Assembly (NCBI GenBank): GCA_963924565.1
Contig: OZ004608.1
Location: 9,734,001 to 9,798,000 of the forward strand
DNA: 64,000 nucleotides
Reading direction: 5' to 3'
Source: Ascidiella aspersa
Lineage: Eukaryota
Position 1 is the first letter of the stretch; every line of letters begins with the position of its first letter. This document shows positions 1-15,300 of this stretch, in pieces. Position numbers and translations under genes: made by a program. A model generated the notes under the pieces. The model was given only the letters and a program-made list of their open reading frames with translations. It searched no databases and was not told the origin of the DNA.

Positions 1-329
1 CATCAGATCAAAGTAGAAACTTGTTGAAAAAATGACTCTGATTCTGGTATTTGTTGAAAATGTGTCTATAGGACTAGTGATTTCAAGATAACCTGTTTAC
101 TGCAATGTAATTTCGTGACATATTCCGCTTAAGTTGTATTTAATTATAAAGATTCTACTAATAGCCTACCAACGCATAACAATACTTTAGTTTAGCCCCT
201 AGTTTTTCTCATATAAAAATCGCGACCAAAACCACCTGGGTGTGCTTGGACATTTTTTTCTTGTTAAAAGACCTTATTCCAACTGTAAAAACGTATTTGC
301 TAAAGTTACCGTTTGCGTTTTTTCGACAG

Positions 330-3300
330 ATATTTCAAATATGCCAACCTAAACCCGCGCATTGCTGCTTTCTTGGGCAAGCAGGACCCAAAGAACATTC
401 TCAAGCGATCTAAAGGTGGAAAAACAGATGGGAAAGAAGGTGCAGCGAGCGCACCGAGCGGCGGCATTATGCCTGGCGAGTACGGTAACGATTTGAGCCA
501 AGAGGCTAGGCGATTGCTCCCAGAAATCGGCCAAAACATGTCGTTTATGAATCCCTTTGGGGACGATTCGTTTGGACAGTCTAGGCTTTCCTTTACCAAC
601 GATATCGACGACCCTCAACGTTACCAGTTCGAAGAGACTACATTCGCGGCTCCGAATATTTTACGCGAGCTGGCTGATACACTGGCGAGGTTTAACAGCT
701 CGTTTAAGGAGTACGTGAATCGAACGACGCTGTACGACCCAGATACCGGTGACGCGCTGACCCCAGAAAACACAAATCCGTCTGTGCTCCTGCCAGCCGG
801 CGTTACAAACCTGTTGTGTATAGATTGGGACAGCGCCGTGGCCGAAACGGTCTACACTCCTCGGGCCTGGCAGACCACGGCCTATAAGGCGGCCTACAAC
901 TTTAGTCAAATGGCTGGGGCGCCAACGCAGTCTCCAAACCAGAAGGAAAACTCGCAACAAATAGCTGAAAAACCTGCAACGGCAAGTGGAGCCTTGAAAC
1001 CGGAGTTAAAAGGCATGGCAGATCTGCTGGACGAGGTAAAAACGAAGCCGCAAAGCAAACGAGATGGCGACCCCGAGTCCAGGGTCAGCGTTGACACCAA
1101 GAAAAAGTCGAAGTCAGTTTCAAAAGAAATCTCTCTTCATGCGCTAGCCCTCCCAGGTAAGAATATAGTCCTGTCCCAAAATGTTCTATTAAAGATAAAA
1201 ACTTCCGCTCGGCTTTTTTGAACTTAAAGTACAGATTTGTTCATAAAATCGAAGATTTATCTTTGTGGTTAAAAAGATTAGGTCGCTAGTTGATGGCGCC
1301 GAGCTCCCGTTAATAACGTTTCATAATCCGTAATACGATCTGTTAGGCTAATATTATTATGAAACAGTTATACACGTTTTTAAAGCGTTAAAGCTGATTG
1401 CGATCTCAAGTTGTCCAAAATATCTTGCCCAAAAAATTATTTGCATATCGTTCGCGGACCAAACACAGTTTGTCACATAAAAAAGAAAATAGTTTATTTA
1501 ACAGTTACAGGGAGTCGAACCGTTTGACTTTTCCACTTCAGGTTCGATTCGGGTTAAAGGATTTTTTCAGAATTCGGTTAAGTTCCGGTTAAAAACCGGG
1601 TTATAAACTTTCCGGTTCGACTCCCTGTTTGTTTGGAACCTCCATGTTGGTAACCACTGCTCTGTTTTAACCTGAAATTTTGTAACCATAACCGAACAAT
1701 TTGAATACATTTTCTGATAATTGACCACTTAGCCTGAATGTCCCAAATAGAATAAAGTTCCGAAATTACTGAAGTAATTGATGTTCGCGAGTCACAGATA
1801 ATGGTGTCAGGCCTGGGTTGGGAATATTTCAGACCACACCATATAAAGTAGACATATAACTTGCTGCTATTGTTACATCATAATAAACGCATTATACTGT
1901 ATTTCAGTCTTTGGTCACAAGCACATAAATGACTAAGAGAGTATAGTTAGGGAAATTTATTGGTGGTAGTGCACGTAAATTTCTGCAAATATGTATAGCA
2001 AACAAGAAGAAGAAGATAGTGAAGAAAGAAACATTAACCTTGACATTGAAGAACTTTTTGTTTTTAAATATGTGTCCCCCGATCCAAGTGATAGACATAT
2101 TGTGGAAGAAGGTATCATGTAACATTTAAAAATACTGTGTTTAAGATTTTATAAGGCCTTAAGTGAGTTATAAATTAAAACAGGCTTGTGGTATATTACG
2201 TTATCAGCGTTTTTGTTAGTTTTCGTTTAGAAAGTGTCAGATAAAGAGGGTAAAAGACACTAGAAATCAGGCAACAGCAGTTTAGACAGAACAGATGGCT
2301 TCTCCGGACGCACCAACTTATGGAGAACCCAGCGTCAAAAGACGTAGCACAGGCAGAGTCAGGCGTGTATCAGTTTTAGATCCAATTGAGGTCGCAGGTA
2401 TGGTAGTACAAGCTATAAATAAACCAAGAATTACAGTAACAAAAATACTGGAAAAGCGTTGTCCTAATAATGGACTTTATGTAGGCTACATGGTTTTACT
2501 TGTAATACTGAAAAGCTTTGTTTTGTGTAACTTGCAACAAAATGCAGCTCAAAACCGTAACTTGGCAACGCGAAAAAAACTTGTAGCATTTTTTTAATTA
2601 GTATTTTTTGCCGACCTCGTTTAGAGTTAAAGAACAGCCTCCGAGATAAATCACAAGACAGGAAAGTACCATTAAAAGAGCCATCCCAGTCAGCCTTAAA
2701 ATCCAAAGCCAAGAGGCCACAAAGGCTACAAAGGCCACAAAGGCGTATTCCGGTCAATACCCAACCATCGAAGGCACAGTTTTCAAGACTCATTGGAGAT
2801 GAAAAGAAATTCAGTTCGGGTGATTAAACAATTTTTCGGTTAAAATATTTGTAAACCTTAAAAAGTGTAAAGCTATCTCAAAACCACAACAACATGACTT
2901 AAACTTCTTGGCAAAATGAATTGACTTGACTTATTTTTGACATATGACTTGAGTTAAAATTAACTGTTTTCAGTTAGCAATTTTTTATAAAATTAGGTTA
3001 TTTATCTTGAGTGGTGGGATTTAATCGATTCGCGCGAACTGCTCCCTGAGAGTTGATTGTTGACCTTTAAAAACAGGTAATTAGGCGGCCAATTGTTAAT
3101 TATTTGAATCCCGCCATTGACTGAATGTTATTAATATAGAAACATATTCGTTTAGCAACTTTGTAGTTGTGTTTCACATATAGTTTTTAATTTACTTGAG
3201 GATCTTGTGAACACTTTTGTTTCTAAGTTAACAAACTTTTATTTCGCCGCACAATTTCTTACAGCCGACCGCCAGATTAACAACGGATTTAATATATATA

Positions 3301-6300
3301 TTTTTGTGTTAAAATGTCTTGGCCTCAATTTTTTTATTACGCAGTGGCCGGCTTACCAAAAGGCAAAGACTGGGCGCTTCGATCAAATGCCAGTATTTTG
3401 GGCGGCCAGGAAAACTACCACGGTAAGAATCGGTAAAATTGTTCACAACTGTCTAATTTATTGCAAAGCCAAGTCGGTATTTTTTTAGGCTCTGTTAATT
3501 TCATTAGAGTATTAATCAAATTTTTTTTCAAAAAATCGAAGAAGAGTGAACAATGTCCGCTTTCTAGTCCGGCTTATCCGACTAACAGCTAATTCTTACT
3601 ACTTGAAAAAGACTCAAGCGCCACACAAATGTTAATTTATATTTCCAAAGGATTGCCAATAAATTACCATAAAGACCAACATGTTTTTTTTACAGACAAG
3701 ATCGCTCGCGGCAACCAGACAGTCAGTTTCAACCTTTCGTCCAAAAAAGCGTTAGATGAAGGGTGGATCGTAAAGACGCAACCCGACGCAGATATGGAGA
3801 AGAACAATGTGCTGGAATGGGCCACGGGAAGATTGCAGTCCGCCATCAAACAAAGGTATTACATACCAAAATAAAAACAGAAAAATAGAATTTGACTACC
3901 TTTTGATAAAGTTACAGATAACGGTTGATATTTCAACTAAAGTACTTCACCATATTCTTAGTTCTGTGTTATAGAGATAAAATTTTAGCTGCATGATCTC
4001 ATTCATTAGCTAGAATCCTAGATAAACAGAAAATTATACCAAAAATAATACATCATACCACACAGACCAATGATGCAAGCAATCGCAGGCTAGAAAAACA
4101 ACTACCATACAGTGAGTTACAAACTCACTACCTCTGTTGATACCGGGACTGTCCCCTCACTGCGAGTTAATTGTTTTGTCTAGCCTGCCTTGCTTGCATC
4201 ATTGATCGACTGATTCGGTGAGACTGCGACGACTTGCGGTGTACTATGATCCGTAACCCTGTATCGCTGGTCAAAAAGCAGCTTCAGAAGAGCTAGATCA
4301 CAGCTGTTGAACACGTTTGTGTGTCTATCTTTTATATAATGTATTACCTATTTTGGCTGGAATATAACTTCGGCAAGTGTTGTGAATACGACACAATACT
4401 GTTGTTTTCTTTCCAGGGATGAGGAAAACGAAAGTGCGAAGAAGTCCGGATGCAACAAGCCGGTGATTATCCGTTACTACGGTGACAGCAGAAGGGACAC
4501 TTTGCTGAAACTCTACAGGTGTGAGCAAAACCGCTTTTTGCGCTTTTTTAAGCCCGTTTCTCCGTTCGGCCACCAAATGACGCCATTATTGTAAAAAATC
4601 GTCAAATTTGATAAATTTCTATGTTCGAAGTTAATTGTTTTAGGCCTAAAATGGAGATATTAATTTGGTATCGGATTGCTAGGACACTGCATCCAAGTAT
4701 AGGACGTGTACCAATACCAATACTTGGCATTTCCGCTCCGATCGAAAATTATCGCACATCCCTATAGATCAAAGGTTCTTAAACATTTTTTACCGCGGAC
4801 CCCTAAATTTATTTTTTGCTTCGCCTGGACCACAGTAGGCATGACATTTTTAAAAATGACGTCATAAGTTAAGGTCACTCTATACGTATAGACTTCAGAA
4901 ATATGCTGATAGTTTTCAGAAATTTTCGTTAAATTATAAATAGACTTTCAGAAATATGCTAAACGTTTTATTTTTATTTAATCTGTTTTATTTGAAATAT
5001 GTTTTACTTTTTTAATTTATACTAATAGTTTAATTAGGCCTTCACGGACCCCCTAAATCTAGTTCACGGACCCCCAAGGGTGCATGAACCGTAGTTTCAG
5101 AATCCCTGCTATAGATCTAACCCACGTTTCTTGGCGACGCAGAAAAGGCAACGAGACGGACGGTAAGGCGGCGGCGGTGGCGGCAGGCCTTCTGCCTGGA
5201 CGCAAGACAACCGGTGGTCTAAAGATCCCGCAGCTGAGCAAAATGGAAAACACTTCAAAGGATCGGTTCATGGTGCAAGTCGCGGACGGATCCACTACCG
5301 TCTAGTAAGAAAAGTTTGATTTTATGTAAAGGGGAATGAGTTTTGTGGTAGTCGTTGCGTGTAAAATATCCAAGTCAATTGTTTTCCCAAAATAACTAGT
5401 CAATTCCCAGTCATGATCATTAGTTGCCTAAGTGAAATCTATGTCTAGTCATTATAGAGCAAGTCACACTTAAGCCATGTCATTTATATAAAAATAAAAG
5501 AGAAACCAGTAAAATTGTTTAACTTGTCCGATTATGAGTTACTAAAATAACAAAAAACAGCACATTGCAAAAATACCGGCATTTCTTTTAAATTTCTTGC
5601 AAATTTTATTATATTGCCGAAAATAAAAAAAAATAGGGAAAAATATATGTCCAACATTTTGAATACGTTTAATTTTTTGCACTTACGTAATTAAAATATG
5701 TGAAATGGACTCGTGTCTAATTTGTCAAAGAGGCGGGGGGCCGGTTGCCGAGCCCCTGGTTTACACTATTGTCCTTTTAATAAACATTTAGTTCATTTAA
5801 AAAATAACCTTAATCTACCTAGCTAGGCAATTTGGATATATGTAGCTTTATATGATATATATATAGTTATATTAACGCGAGATGAAGATATACAAATAAG
5901 GTGTTGAACTGTACCGACAAATTAAGCCGCGCGTTGACTTATTTTTTGTAAAAATATAAAAAAAAATCCCACTAATTTATAAAACCGCAACTACAGCTAG
6001 AACTATTCACCCCTCTACTACTGTATTCAAGTCTAACCATAAACCTTTCAACTGCAGTTACCCGAAGACAGGCGAGATTGCGTTTATGGCAAGCGCAGTA
6101 CCCGAGTATCCAGGTCAGCTCTACACAAACGTTTTCGCCAACGACGAGAATCGCACTTGCCTAGCCAGCTTCACGCCTTACGGAAAGGTAAAAAAGGGAA
6201 AACGAGTTTTTTTTGCAGTTTCGAATGGTATCTGTCACGTGTGACCGAGCAAACCGCAAAAGTTGGTTTTGGTTGAGAGCGCATTTTGACCAGAGTTGGA

Positions 6301-9300
6301 TTAATAACGTGATTTCAGTTTATTTTTAACTATAATACAACTACGCTGTGATTAAAACATAAACGTTTTTTCGACAATTTTTGAAAACATGAAAGATGCT
6401 TTACCTTACTCTTAAATCTGTTTTCAATTAAATTTCATACGAACTAATTTTGCGTTTAATTCAATGTAAAATTCCCCAAAATAATAGGCCAAAAACTTGT
6501 ACAACTGGATACAAGAAACAATAACATATCTTACTTTTTCGTAAAATGTATACTGTTTTTTTGTGATTTTTCTTCAACTGTTTTAATTCACAAAGAAAAT
6601 ATTTGTGGACCTTTAGGGTTGAAAGTGAACATTAGTGTAAAAATCCTGATCTAATCGAATAATAACGAACTCGCAATAATAAGGTCAGCCATGAGGCCCA
6701 TGAGCACTGCCTTAACATTATTACTGCCTTGCCTTTCCTTTCGCCCAGTCCTGCTGCTCTTATGTTGTACTGTACTAACGAAATCACTTAGGCCATTAGC
6801 AATGCCCTTTCTTTCGCTCAGTCCTGCTGCTACCACAAGAACGGCGCACCAGGCCTGATCCTAACCGACCAAGGCGGCCTACTTAAGAACGAGGACGGTT
6901 CAGTGCTAAAACGCTGGGAGTGGCCTGGGCCCGGACTCAAGCTCAAGGACAACGTGGTATTCCACCTTAACAAGGAGATGTACGTGCGAGTGGGCAACCG
7001 CAACAACGTAACACTCCATTACACAGCAAATCGCGAGACGATGAAGATGAACGTCGGTGCGCTGCCGGGACTCGACGGGCCGTCGGCCATGCCCGATCAG
7101 GGGGTAAGACGCGTTTTTTTAAGAACCTGCCCTTCTTTTAGCTATTTCGGGCCAATTTTATCCTGAGTGTCTTACTTAGCGGACCACGTTTGCGTTTAGG
7201 CGGATTAGATCGCTTTTATTTTTTTCACAATCTTTGTACTGTGGCAGGGGCGTATCCAGAATAATGACGTAATACATAAATAAAAAACTAATCAGATACC
7301 TAATAACGTCCAGCAGAAGCGAAACTTAAGACGCAAAGCGAACACGTGCGTCGTCAAAAATCCTGCCAGGCGCCAGCTGCAAAAACATCTTCATATGCAA
7401 TCGTTAACTTTAGGCGAGAAACTAAACCAAGACCATGAAATGTGTGTGATTGATTTTGGTAGATCCTTGTACGGGAGTTGGCTAAATTGCAAGCACGTCT
7501 CTCGCCACCTGCAATATTAAACGAAGATCGTTTTCCCGGGTGTTATTCTATTAGCGCAACATCTGCGTGCAAAGTCAGCTAAAAAGGGATGTGTGCTAAG
7601 TCAGCTAAAATACAACACGTTTTGCAGACTTACAACAACAACAGATATTAGCAGACAGCAAGCAGCAAGGAACATCAGCTGCGCCTAACTCAACGTTTTT
7701 AACGAGAAAAACGAAAACCGCTTGATTTAGTGTTTTTAATTGTCAAACACACTTGCTGATCAGCCAACCGGAACGAATAACGATAGAGTAAAAATCCTGC
7801 GTTTAACGGCGTTTTGCGTTTGTTTTTGGTTTCGCATAAGCTTAAGACGCGTTACCTAATTACATTAAAAACATTGCCGCTCAGGACGGTGAGTAAAACC
7901 CTGACAAAAACGAACAAAAAACGAACGAAAAGGGGGGTCCGACCCCCCCCTCAATGCCTGTACTGTGGGTATTTATTGATGGGTAATTTCCAAACTATGT
8001 GCTTTGAGGGACTCTTAAGGGCGCAGCGGAGCTATTTGTAATTTTAAAAGTTAACATTTTAGTAGAACCGCGGATTGAGCAGCCTTGCTTTAAAGTTTAA
8101 ACCGTGGCTCCCTAACCGTGTGCCTCGAGAGATTCTCGAACGGGTGTCGCGAAATTTACTGTATCTGAAGAAAAACCCTTTTTGTGTATATTTGAAAAAA
8201 AATGAATCTTTAAAAACACTTTTTTTCCAGTTGCAATGAACTGTTTTGAAAACTTCATTATTTCCTCAATGGTATTCTCACTTTCCCTACAATATTATTT
8301 CACCTCTTTTTTATACTGATTACTACAAAACACTTCAATCTAGTGATTTTTTTTTTTACATGGCTATTTACGATACGGATAAAATACATATAAATATATA
8401 TATACCTCTTCTGTTTTGTTTTTCTTATACGTATCACCCGACAAAGCTCACCGTGATACTTTTGTATGCTTTGTCCTGTCTCTTCGCAACGCGTACGGAT
8501 AGCACCTAAACACCAGAAAGGTCCCCGTACTCTACATATACCTACTATCGGGTATACGCTGCATTACTAAAGGACATTTAGAATGTGGTTTGCGCTTTCC
8601 AGAACGTTCTGCGATCTGGCTACAAGTATTCCTCCAAGGCTGCTTCCGAGTTCCAGCAAAGCTACAGAAAGGAGGAGAGAATTCAAAGAGGTGGCAAGAA
8701 GGGAAAACAAATGATGCGAAAACCGGTAAAGAGTATTTTTATTCTCTTTAAATAGCAGTGCCGCATATCATTCACTCGGTGCACATGTCACACACCGATG
8801 CCTTCGTCGAAATTTACTGACGTTTTTGCAAACTGTAATCAGCTATATTAAGCTATTTTTAGGAATTTTTTAACGCACAGTGGATATTAATTTTTCCCTA
8901 TTTTTCCCAACAACCCTAGTTAATCCTTGACACGGAACTGCAATGGTTTAAATTTACTCGTGCGCACAACTTGTATTACTAAAGATCCAGACACTGTGGA
9001 CCATATTTTTAATTTCCAAATCCTCCAGTGCTTCTTACAGTTTCTTAAATACCAGCGGTATAGAATGAACGACTGTGACCTTGTTGGGCCTAAAACTCGA
9101 CCCAGTCAAAAATCAATAAGTTTTCACAGTACACTAGACGCGTTTTGCGTCTGGCGTTAGCTTCTGGCGCAAAACGCTAGCGTCGTCAGTTCACACATAA
9201 CGCGTTGCCAGCATTAACGTCAAATTTCCTCGCTTCGAATCGAAAGCGTCATAGTTAAGGTATTTTAACTTTCCGCAACCGTAAAATCTCTTTAGGCGTC

Positions 9301-12300
9301 GACGTATCCGTTAATGCAAAACGCGTCTAGTGTGAACTCAGCAGGTGGTGCAGTGCGCCACATTTTCCATTTCGGAAGCCTCCCGTATCAGTCATACAGT
9401 TTCTCAAAGACCAGCGGTACAATAAACGACTGCAACTTAGGTCGGCCTAAAACAAGGCAATGGCAAAAAACAACAAGGTCGTGTTCGTGACCGCTTCCTT
9501 ATTCCGATAACGACAACACAATCTCAGCAGGTGGTGCAGTCTCGCAAGTCGATCGAGGTCGAAGAGCTGAAGCATTCGCTCGACCCGCCCGAACGCTTTC
9601 AGTTCGAATCACAGGCTGACCGCGAACTGCGTCGGTTGCAGGACAAGAGCAAGCACGTGGTCGACGAATGGATGGAGCACTATCGCATCGCGGTAGGCCT
9701 CAGCTCGCCGGCACTCAAGAAGATGCTAGACCAGCCCGTGGTAAGCCGTTGAAGTTAGTAAGCCATAGAAAGCCATTGGTTCTTTAAATTTCTTTGATTG
9801 TCTTTGAATTGATTTGCATATTGAAAATTGTTTAAGAACCCTGTGTTTTTTGAAAAGTATGAATTTGTTTTATGCGCAACTTAAGTTATGTGTTTTTAAA
9901 GTGCCGATGTAAAATAACTTTTTGTAGGCTACTTGTTTTTAGAGTTGACAATGTCATTTATTCTGTTTTGTTTTTGACGAATTTTTAAATGTCTTTGATT
10001 GAATTAATTTGCATATTGAAGATTATTTAAGAACACGTCTGTTTTTGGAAAAGTCTGAATTTGTTTTGTGCGCAACTTAACTTATGTGTAAAAGTGCCGA
10101 AGTAAAATAATTCCTTTAAAGTTAAACAGTTTGTTTTCGTTTAAATCTGATTAATACAAGCCACTTTATAACGCTTTAGGGACGATTAAGTTTGCCAAAG
10201 CGCAGAAGAAAGCTTTCGAAAACAGCCATTTTCACCCCGTTTGTTTGGCCGCATAGAAAGTAGCCCACCCTTTCCTCCGTTTTATTGTTACCGAAAAAGA
10301 AACAAAGAAATTTAAAGTTACTTTTAAATAGACATTTTATCACAATTTATATATAGGTCAGAGGTTTGTAAACCTCTCCTGTTTTTCTTGTGTTGCCATA
10401 CCCATAAAGAGTCGGTTAATTAGGTGACCTGAGTCACCTGAATATTCATGACATATATATCTGGAAATCAAAGGAGTGCCGAAACGTTACAGTAACATTA
10501 TACCCGATTCTTATCAATATGTTTACATGGACACCAAAAACTTTAATTTTCGCGTTTTTTCAACTAATATTCGATTTCGCTATTATCGCTAGGCAATATT
10601 TACAAGTGGCGAATATATAGTTAATTTGGTTATTCTTCGGCAGATTAAAGGCGCCCACAGGAAGGTGCAGAGCGCCCGCGAGCGGAAGGAAGCCGACCGT
10701 GACGAGTCGGAGGAGAGGATCACAAATTTCCAGTCCTTCCGTTCCCCCTCCGCTCCTCCGAGACACATGGTGCCCGGACCTCACGTAAGTTGGTCCACTA
10801 GATCAGGGGTTCTTAACCAGGGGTACGTGGACCCCTTAGTTGTAAGATTCACCAAAGTAAGGGGTAAGACATGCAGTATGAAATTATGCGCTATTTAGGG
10901 ATATTTGTGATGAACGCGTAATTTACGAAAAGCATAAACAAAAAGCCTTTAGTAAATTGACTGATCGTTTGTGTGTTGTAAATATTGTTGAACTTACAAG
11001 ACTGTATTTAATGCATTTTTTTTAATTGCTATTAGTACAATTTATTTACTTCTGTCGACCATGATAGAGGGGCTACGAGAAAATTTCATAAAAGCTGAAA
11101 GGGAAAAAATTTCATAAAAGCTACCTTTACCAAAATTGTGCATATAACAAACATTTTAGTTAAAATTTCTATTTCAGGTAAAACGTTCCATTTTTGGACG
11201 GTGCACCATTTTGTTGATAAATAATAACTCCTCGCCCTTGCAAGAAAAAGGCGACAATACATTTAAAAACGAGCGAATATTCAAGTTTCGTTTGAAGAGA
11301 CTGAACAAGCCTTCCTGGCGAAACTCGTCTTTATTCACATCTTACAAAATAACTGACTTTGATTACGACATTTTAACCGCAGAACAACTAAAACCATAGC
11401 CGTTAAAAAGTTGCGCATATAACAAACATTTTAGTTAAAACGTTTAGGTCGGAGCCCTATGATTTTCAGTTTAAACTAATACATACATTAATATTCCAAA
11501 CCACCAGTAAAATAAAAAAAAAAACAATGCTCACAATATTTGTTTAATTATTCTCAGACTAGTGGTTTAAATGTAAAGTTAAAAATAAAGGACATCATTT
11601 TAGCAATTTTCGATTTAAATCTTCAAAACGAATTTGTACCCCTAAGCATAATATTATATATTGTAATTAACCTAAATAAATATCTGATATTTCTATTTAG
11701 CTTGTGACACTATTTCAGCTAACAGAAGTTAAGTTCGAAATTTATAAGGTCAAGGTGTAGCTGAAACATATGGTTTGTTACCAATAGATTTTCACGCTTA
11801 AAACGCCAAAACAAACTGGCCACTGATTCTTCGGCGTTTTCGCTCAACTCAAAGGTCTTGTTTTCTTTCGTAGGCCGTAATGGTGAAGGAAGACAAGCAC
11901 CGGAAGGGTGCCACGTCATCAGTGGCGGGTATGACGTCACGAAAGAGTCATGACGCGCACGTGCGCATCGACGACACCCCGTCAGTGGTGGTGGAATCCC
12001 CAAGTGAGTGCTGGGCTGACAAATCGCACATTTTTATTCTCGGAATCTTTCTGTTGCTTTTACCTTAAAAGGGCGGTAATGAGCATACATACAGCTGAGC
12101 AAACTGAATTTGTTAAATAAGAAAGATATCTCCTCGCCCCCGCAATGACCTCGGATTAGAGCAAATATTCGTTAGACTTTACTGTCTTAATCAGAGTCAA
12201 TCAGGAACACTAAACACGGATCTGTTCATATTCTTCAGTAGAAAGAGAGTGGCCCAAATAATAGGTAAAAGATTCATTCTTTTATTAGCAAACGTTTCGG

Positions 12301-15300
12301 CAAGTTCTTTTGCCATCATCAGTGCGGTAAGTCACTAAAAAGAGTCAATCATTTATAAAAGAAATTTGTTTCGCCACAAAATAACGCATTATTAGTCTTT
12401 TAATTCGAATGAAGGGACTGGCGATGCCTTATGTGTGGCGAAATATATTTCCCTTATACCTGACCGACTTTAATTAAGACAGTAAAGTCTAAAGACTATT
12501 TACTCATAACGCTAACTCCTTTGAATTTGTGGTGTACTTCCGCTTTGCAGTCCGCTGTGTTTTAAATAGTACGCTTAAAAATTTGAATTACGCGTGTAAA
12601 ATCATTCCAAAATTCTCGATGTTCGGTCGTTATTATTTATTTTAATAAATTTATTGACCTTGGTTATTGATTTCATAGTAAAGCGTTTTTAACTCGACTG
12701 CCTTGTGCATTCGCCCAAAGTTTAACGATCAACATACTATTCGTTGTATTTTCAATCACCAGTTAAAACTTGGTCATAATCGCTTTTAACGAGTAAGGCA
12801 ATAAACTTGACACTTCGTATTCACCTCCGCGGGGTATTTGTGTAATGTTGGGGTCTGCGACGCTGTTAAAAGTATTCGCTTTGGTTTAACGACCTTGGCA
12901 GCCCTATCTTAAATTACGGCCCTATCTTACTGACAAGGTTTTCAAGCGATAAAAACGTCCAATTAAGAGCGACAAAAAGAAGCGAAATTAGTTCCTTAGG
13001 TACAAAAAGTCACATTTATTTGCCTAGCTCGCCTCCGATTTTGTATCTTTTAGGGTTCATAAAATTAAGAAATTTCTTGAGAAGGGAACTTTAAATAAGG
13101 CTTCTTTTTGACAAAACGGGACGAATTGATTTTCCAAGAACGTCCGAAACCTACCAATTGTAAAATTGTTTTTCCGACAAATATATATATATATAATTTT
13201 TAAATATTACAATTTGTACAATAGCTGTCGGCAACAGTATTTTCTACATAATGCAAGCCACAAAAAAGCTTATTTTCCCAGGCAAGGATGTCATCAGCCC
13301 CCAGCGAAGCACCCAAGGGTCCCGGCAGCGCCCGGCCACCCAGGGCTCGCGGACCCTGCACCGGCCCCAGCGTTCCTCGATGCGCACCAGCTCGAGCGCC
13401 GGCAGCGGGCCTGGGAAAGTCCCCGAGAAAACGTGGAGCCCGGCGCCGGAGTGTTGTCCCGTTGTTACGCGGAACACGCTGCTTTACGACGGTATGTATA
13501 TCGGTCGATGATGCATTGTACTTTTTTACAAAACGACTGGTACAGACACCGCTTTAAAATAGTTATGAGCGACGAAGTTTTGGCGATTAGTGTTGTGTCC
13601 CCTTAAGACAGTTGTTCCAAACCGGGGTGCCGCGGCACTCTAGGGTGCCATCTTTACCGCTTAAGGGTGCTGAGATATATTTCAAATTCTTCAGGTTGTC
13701 AACTTCTGCTCTATTGGTAATCTTCTTGATACAATTTTTTATGTACGATGAAAGTGCAAAAATTAGAAAAAAAATTAGAAAAGGTTCTTTTCCATCTTGT
13801 TGCACAGTTAATGTGTGCTGTTTTATCTCGTTTATTGCAACGTTAACAGTTAACTACTCAGCAAAAATGCGAGCAAGGGTGCCGCGAACTAGTCATAATT
13901 TATGTAGGGTGCAGCAAGCCAAGAAAGTTTGCCAAACACTGCCTTAAGACAAGGGGAGTTAAATCTCAGAACACACGGTAACGTAACGCGGTAATTCGAG
14001 CTGTATAAGACTGAGTATAGTGGAATGGTGTCAATTAAAATGAATCGGGACCCGCCCGAAACAGAGACCGTTCGCTTTGGGCGTTGGTCACACGTCAGTT
14101 TTTTAAATTAGATTAGAACTAAAATTAGATCATTTCGGTTTTTCAAAACTAGATTAGAATTAGACCATTTTGAGTTTTCTCAAATTAGATTAGAATTAGA
14201 ATTACCGAGATTAGAATTAGAATTACCGAGTTCAAAAAAAATCGAATTTAAACTAGAATTTGAACTAGAATTGCATTTGATTATTTACATTCAATTTCAT
14301 TTAAATCGAGAAGTATTCTAGTAAGAGTGTGGATGGTCAATATATTTGTGCTAAGATGTCTTTTAGATTAGCATATGTTTTTCAGACTGTAAAAATTAAG
14401 TTCAAACCAAAGAGTTTTAATTCAAATTCTTTGTTTTGACTAAGAGACTAAGAATGGCGTTAGACAAAGTCGCATTTTTGGAAAAATCCGAATTAGATTA
14501 GAACTAGAATTAGAGCACACAAGCAATTCATAAATTAGATTAGAATTAGAATTAGCCGCATTTTGCTCTAATTCATTGAATTAGAAAACTCGAATTATCT
14601 AGTTGTCCAAGTCTGGTGTCCGGCAGTATAGCAGTGGTTCCTAAACTGTGCACCGCGAAACTTTTTGTAAGTTTTGCAAAACAACTTCATCATTTTTTTA
14701 AATAGACATTCACGCAAACGTGTGAGATTTTAATGCACACTATCCATTCGATAACTAATAGACTTTAGAATAGGAATCTTTACAGTTCATATTCTAATGA
14801 AAATATAAGGCAATTGCCTCTAAAATGTTTTAAAATTGAACTTAACTTGAATAAAGTCTTTCTAATTCGGGTTTTATTATTGTTTTGGTCTTTGGTTATT
14901 GTTTTCACAAACTTTACAAACCTAAAGTGGATCTGAACAATGCCATAAAAATAGTGAAAACAGACTACGTATTTTACTTTGTCATATACGAGACCCCCGA
15001 CAAGCAGTTCACGCGCAAACTGTGGCTTGGACAAAAGCGAATTGTACAGAGCAAACGGACCAGCTGAGGCATATGAATCTCTATGCATATCTTATTATTA
15101 TAACAGATTGCAATTTCATCTCAATTATTTTTAAGTTTGTTTGATGAAATGTTTCTTTGTCGGACTTTAGTTTAATTTATTGTTTTTCGCAAATTTTTCA
15201 TAAGAAAACTAAACTCTTAAATCCCAATGGGGTCTGGTCAAAGCTAAAAACAAATTATCCCTTCTTTGTTAGACACGAAGCACCCGGAAAAGCATTTCAC

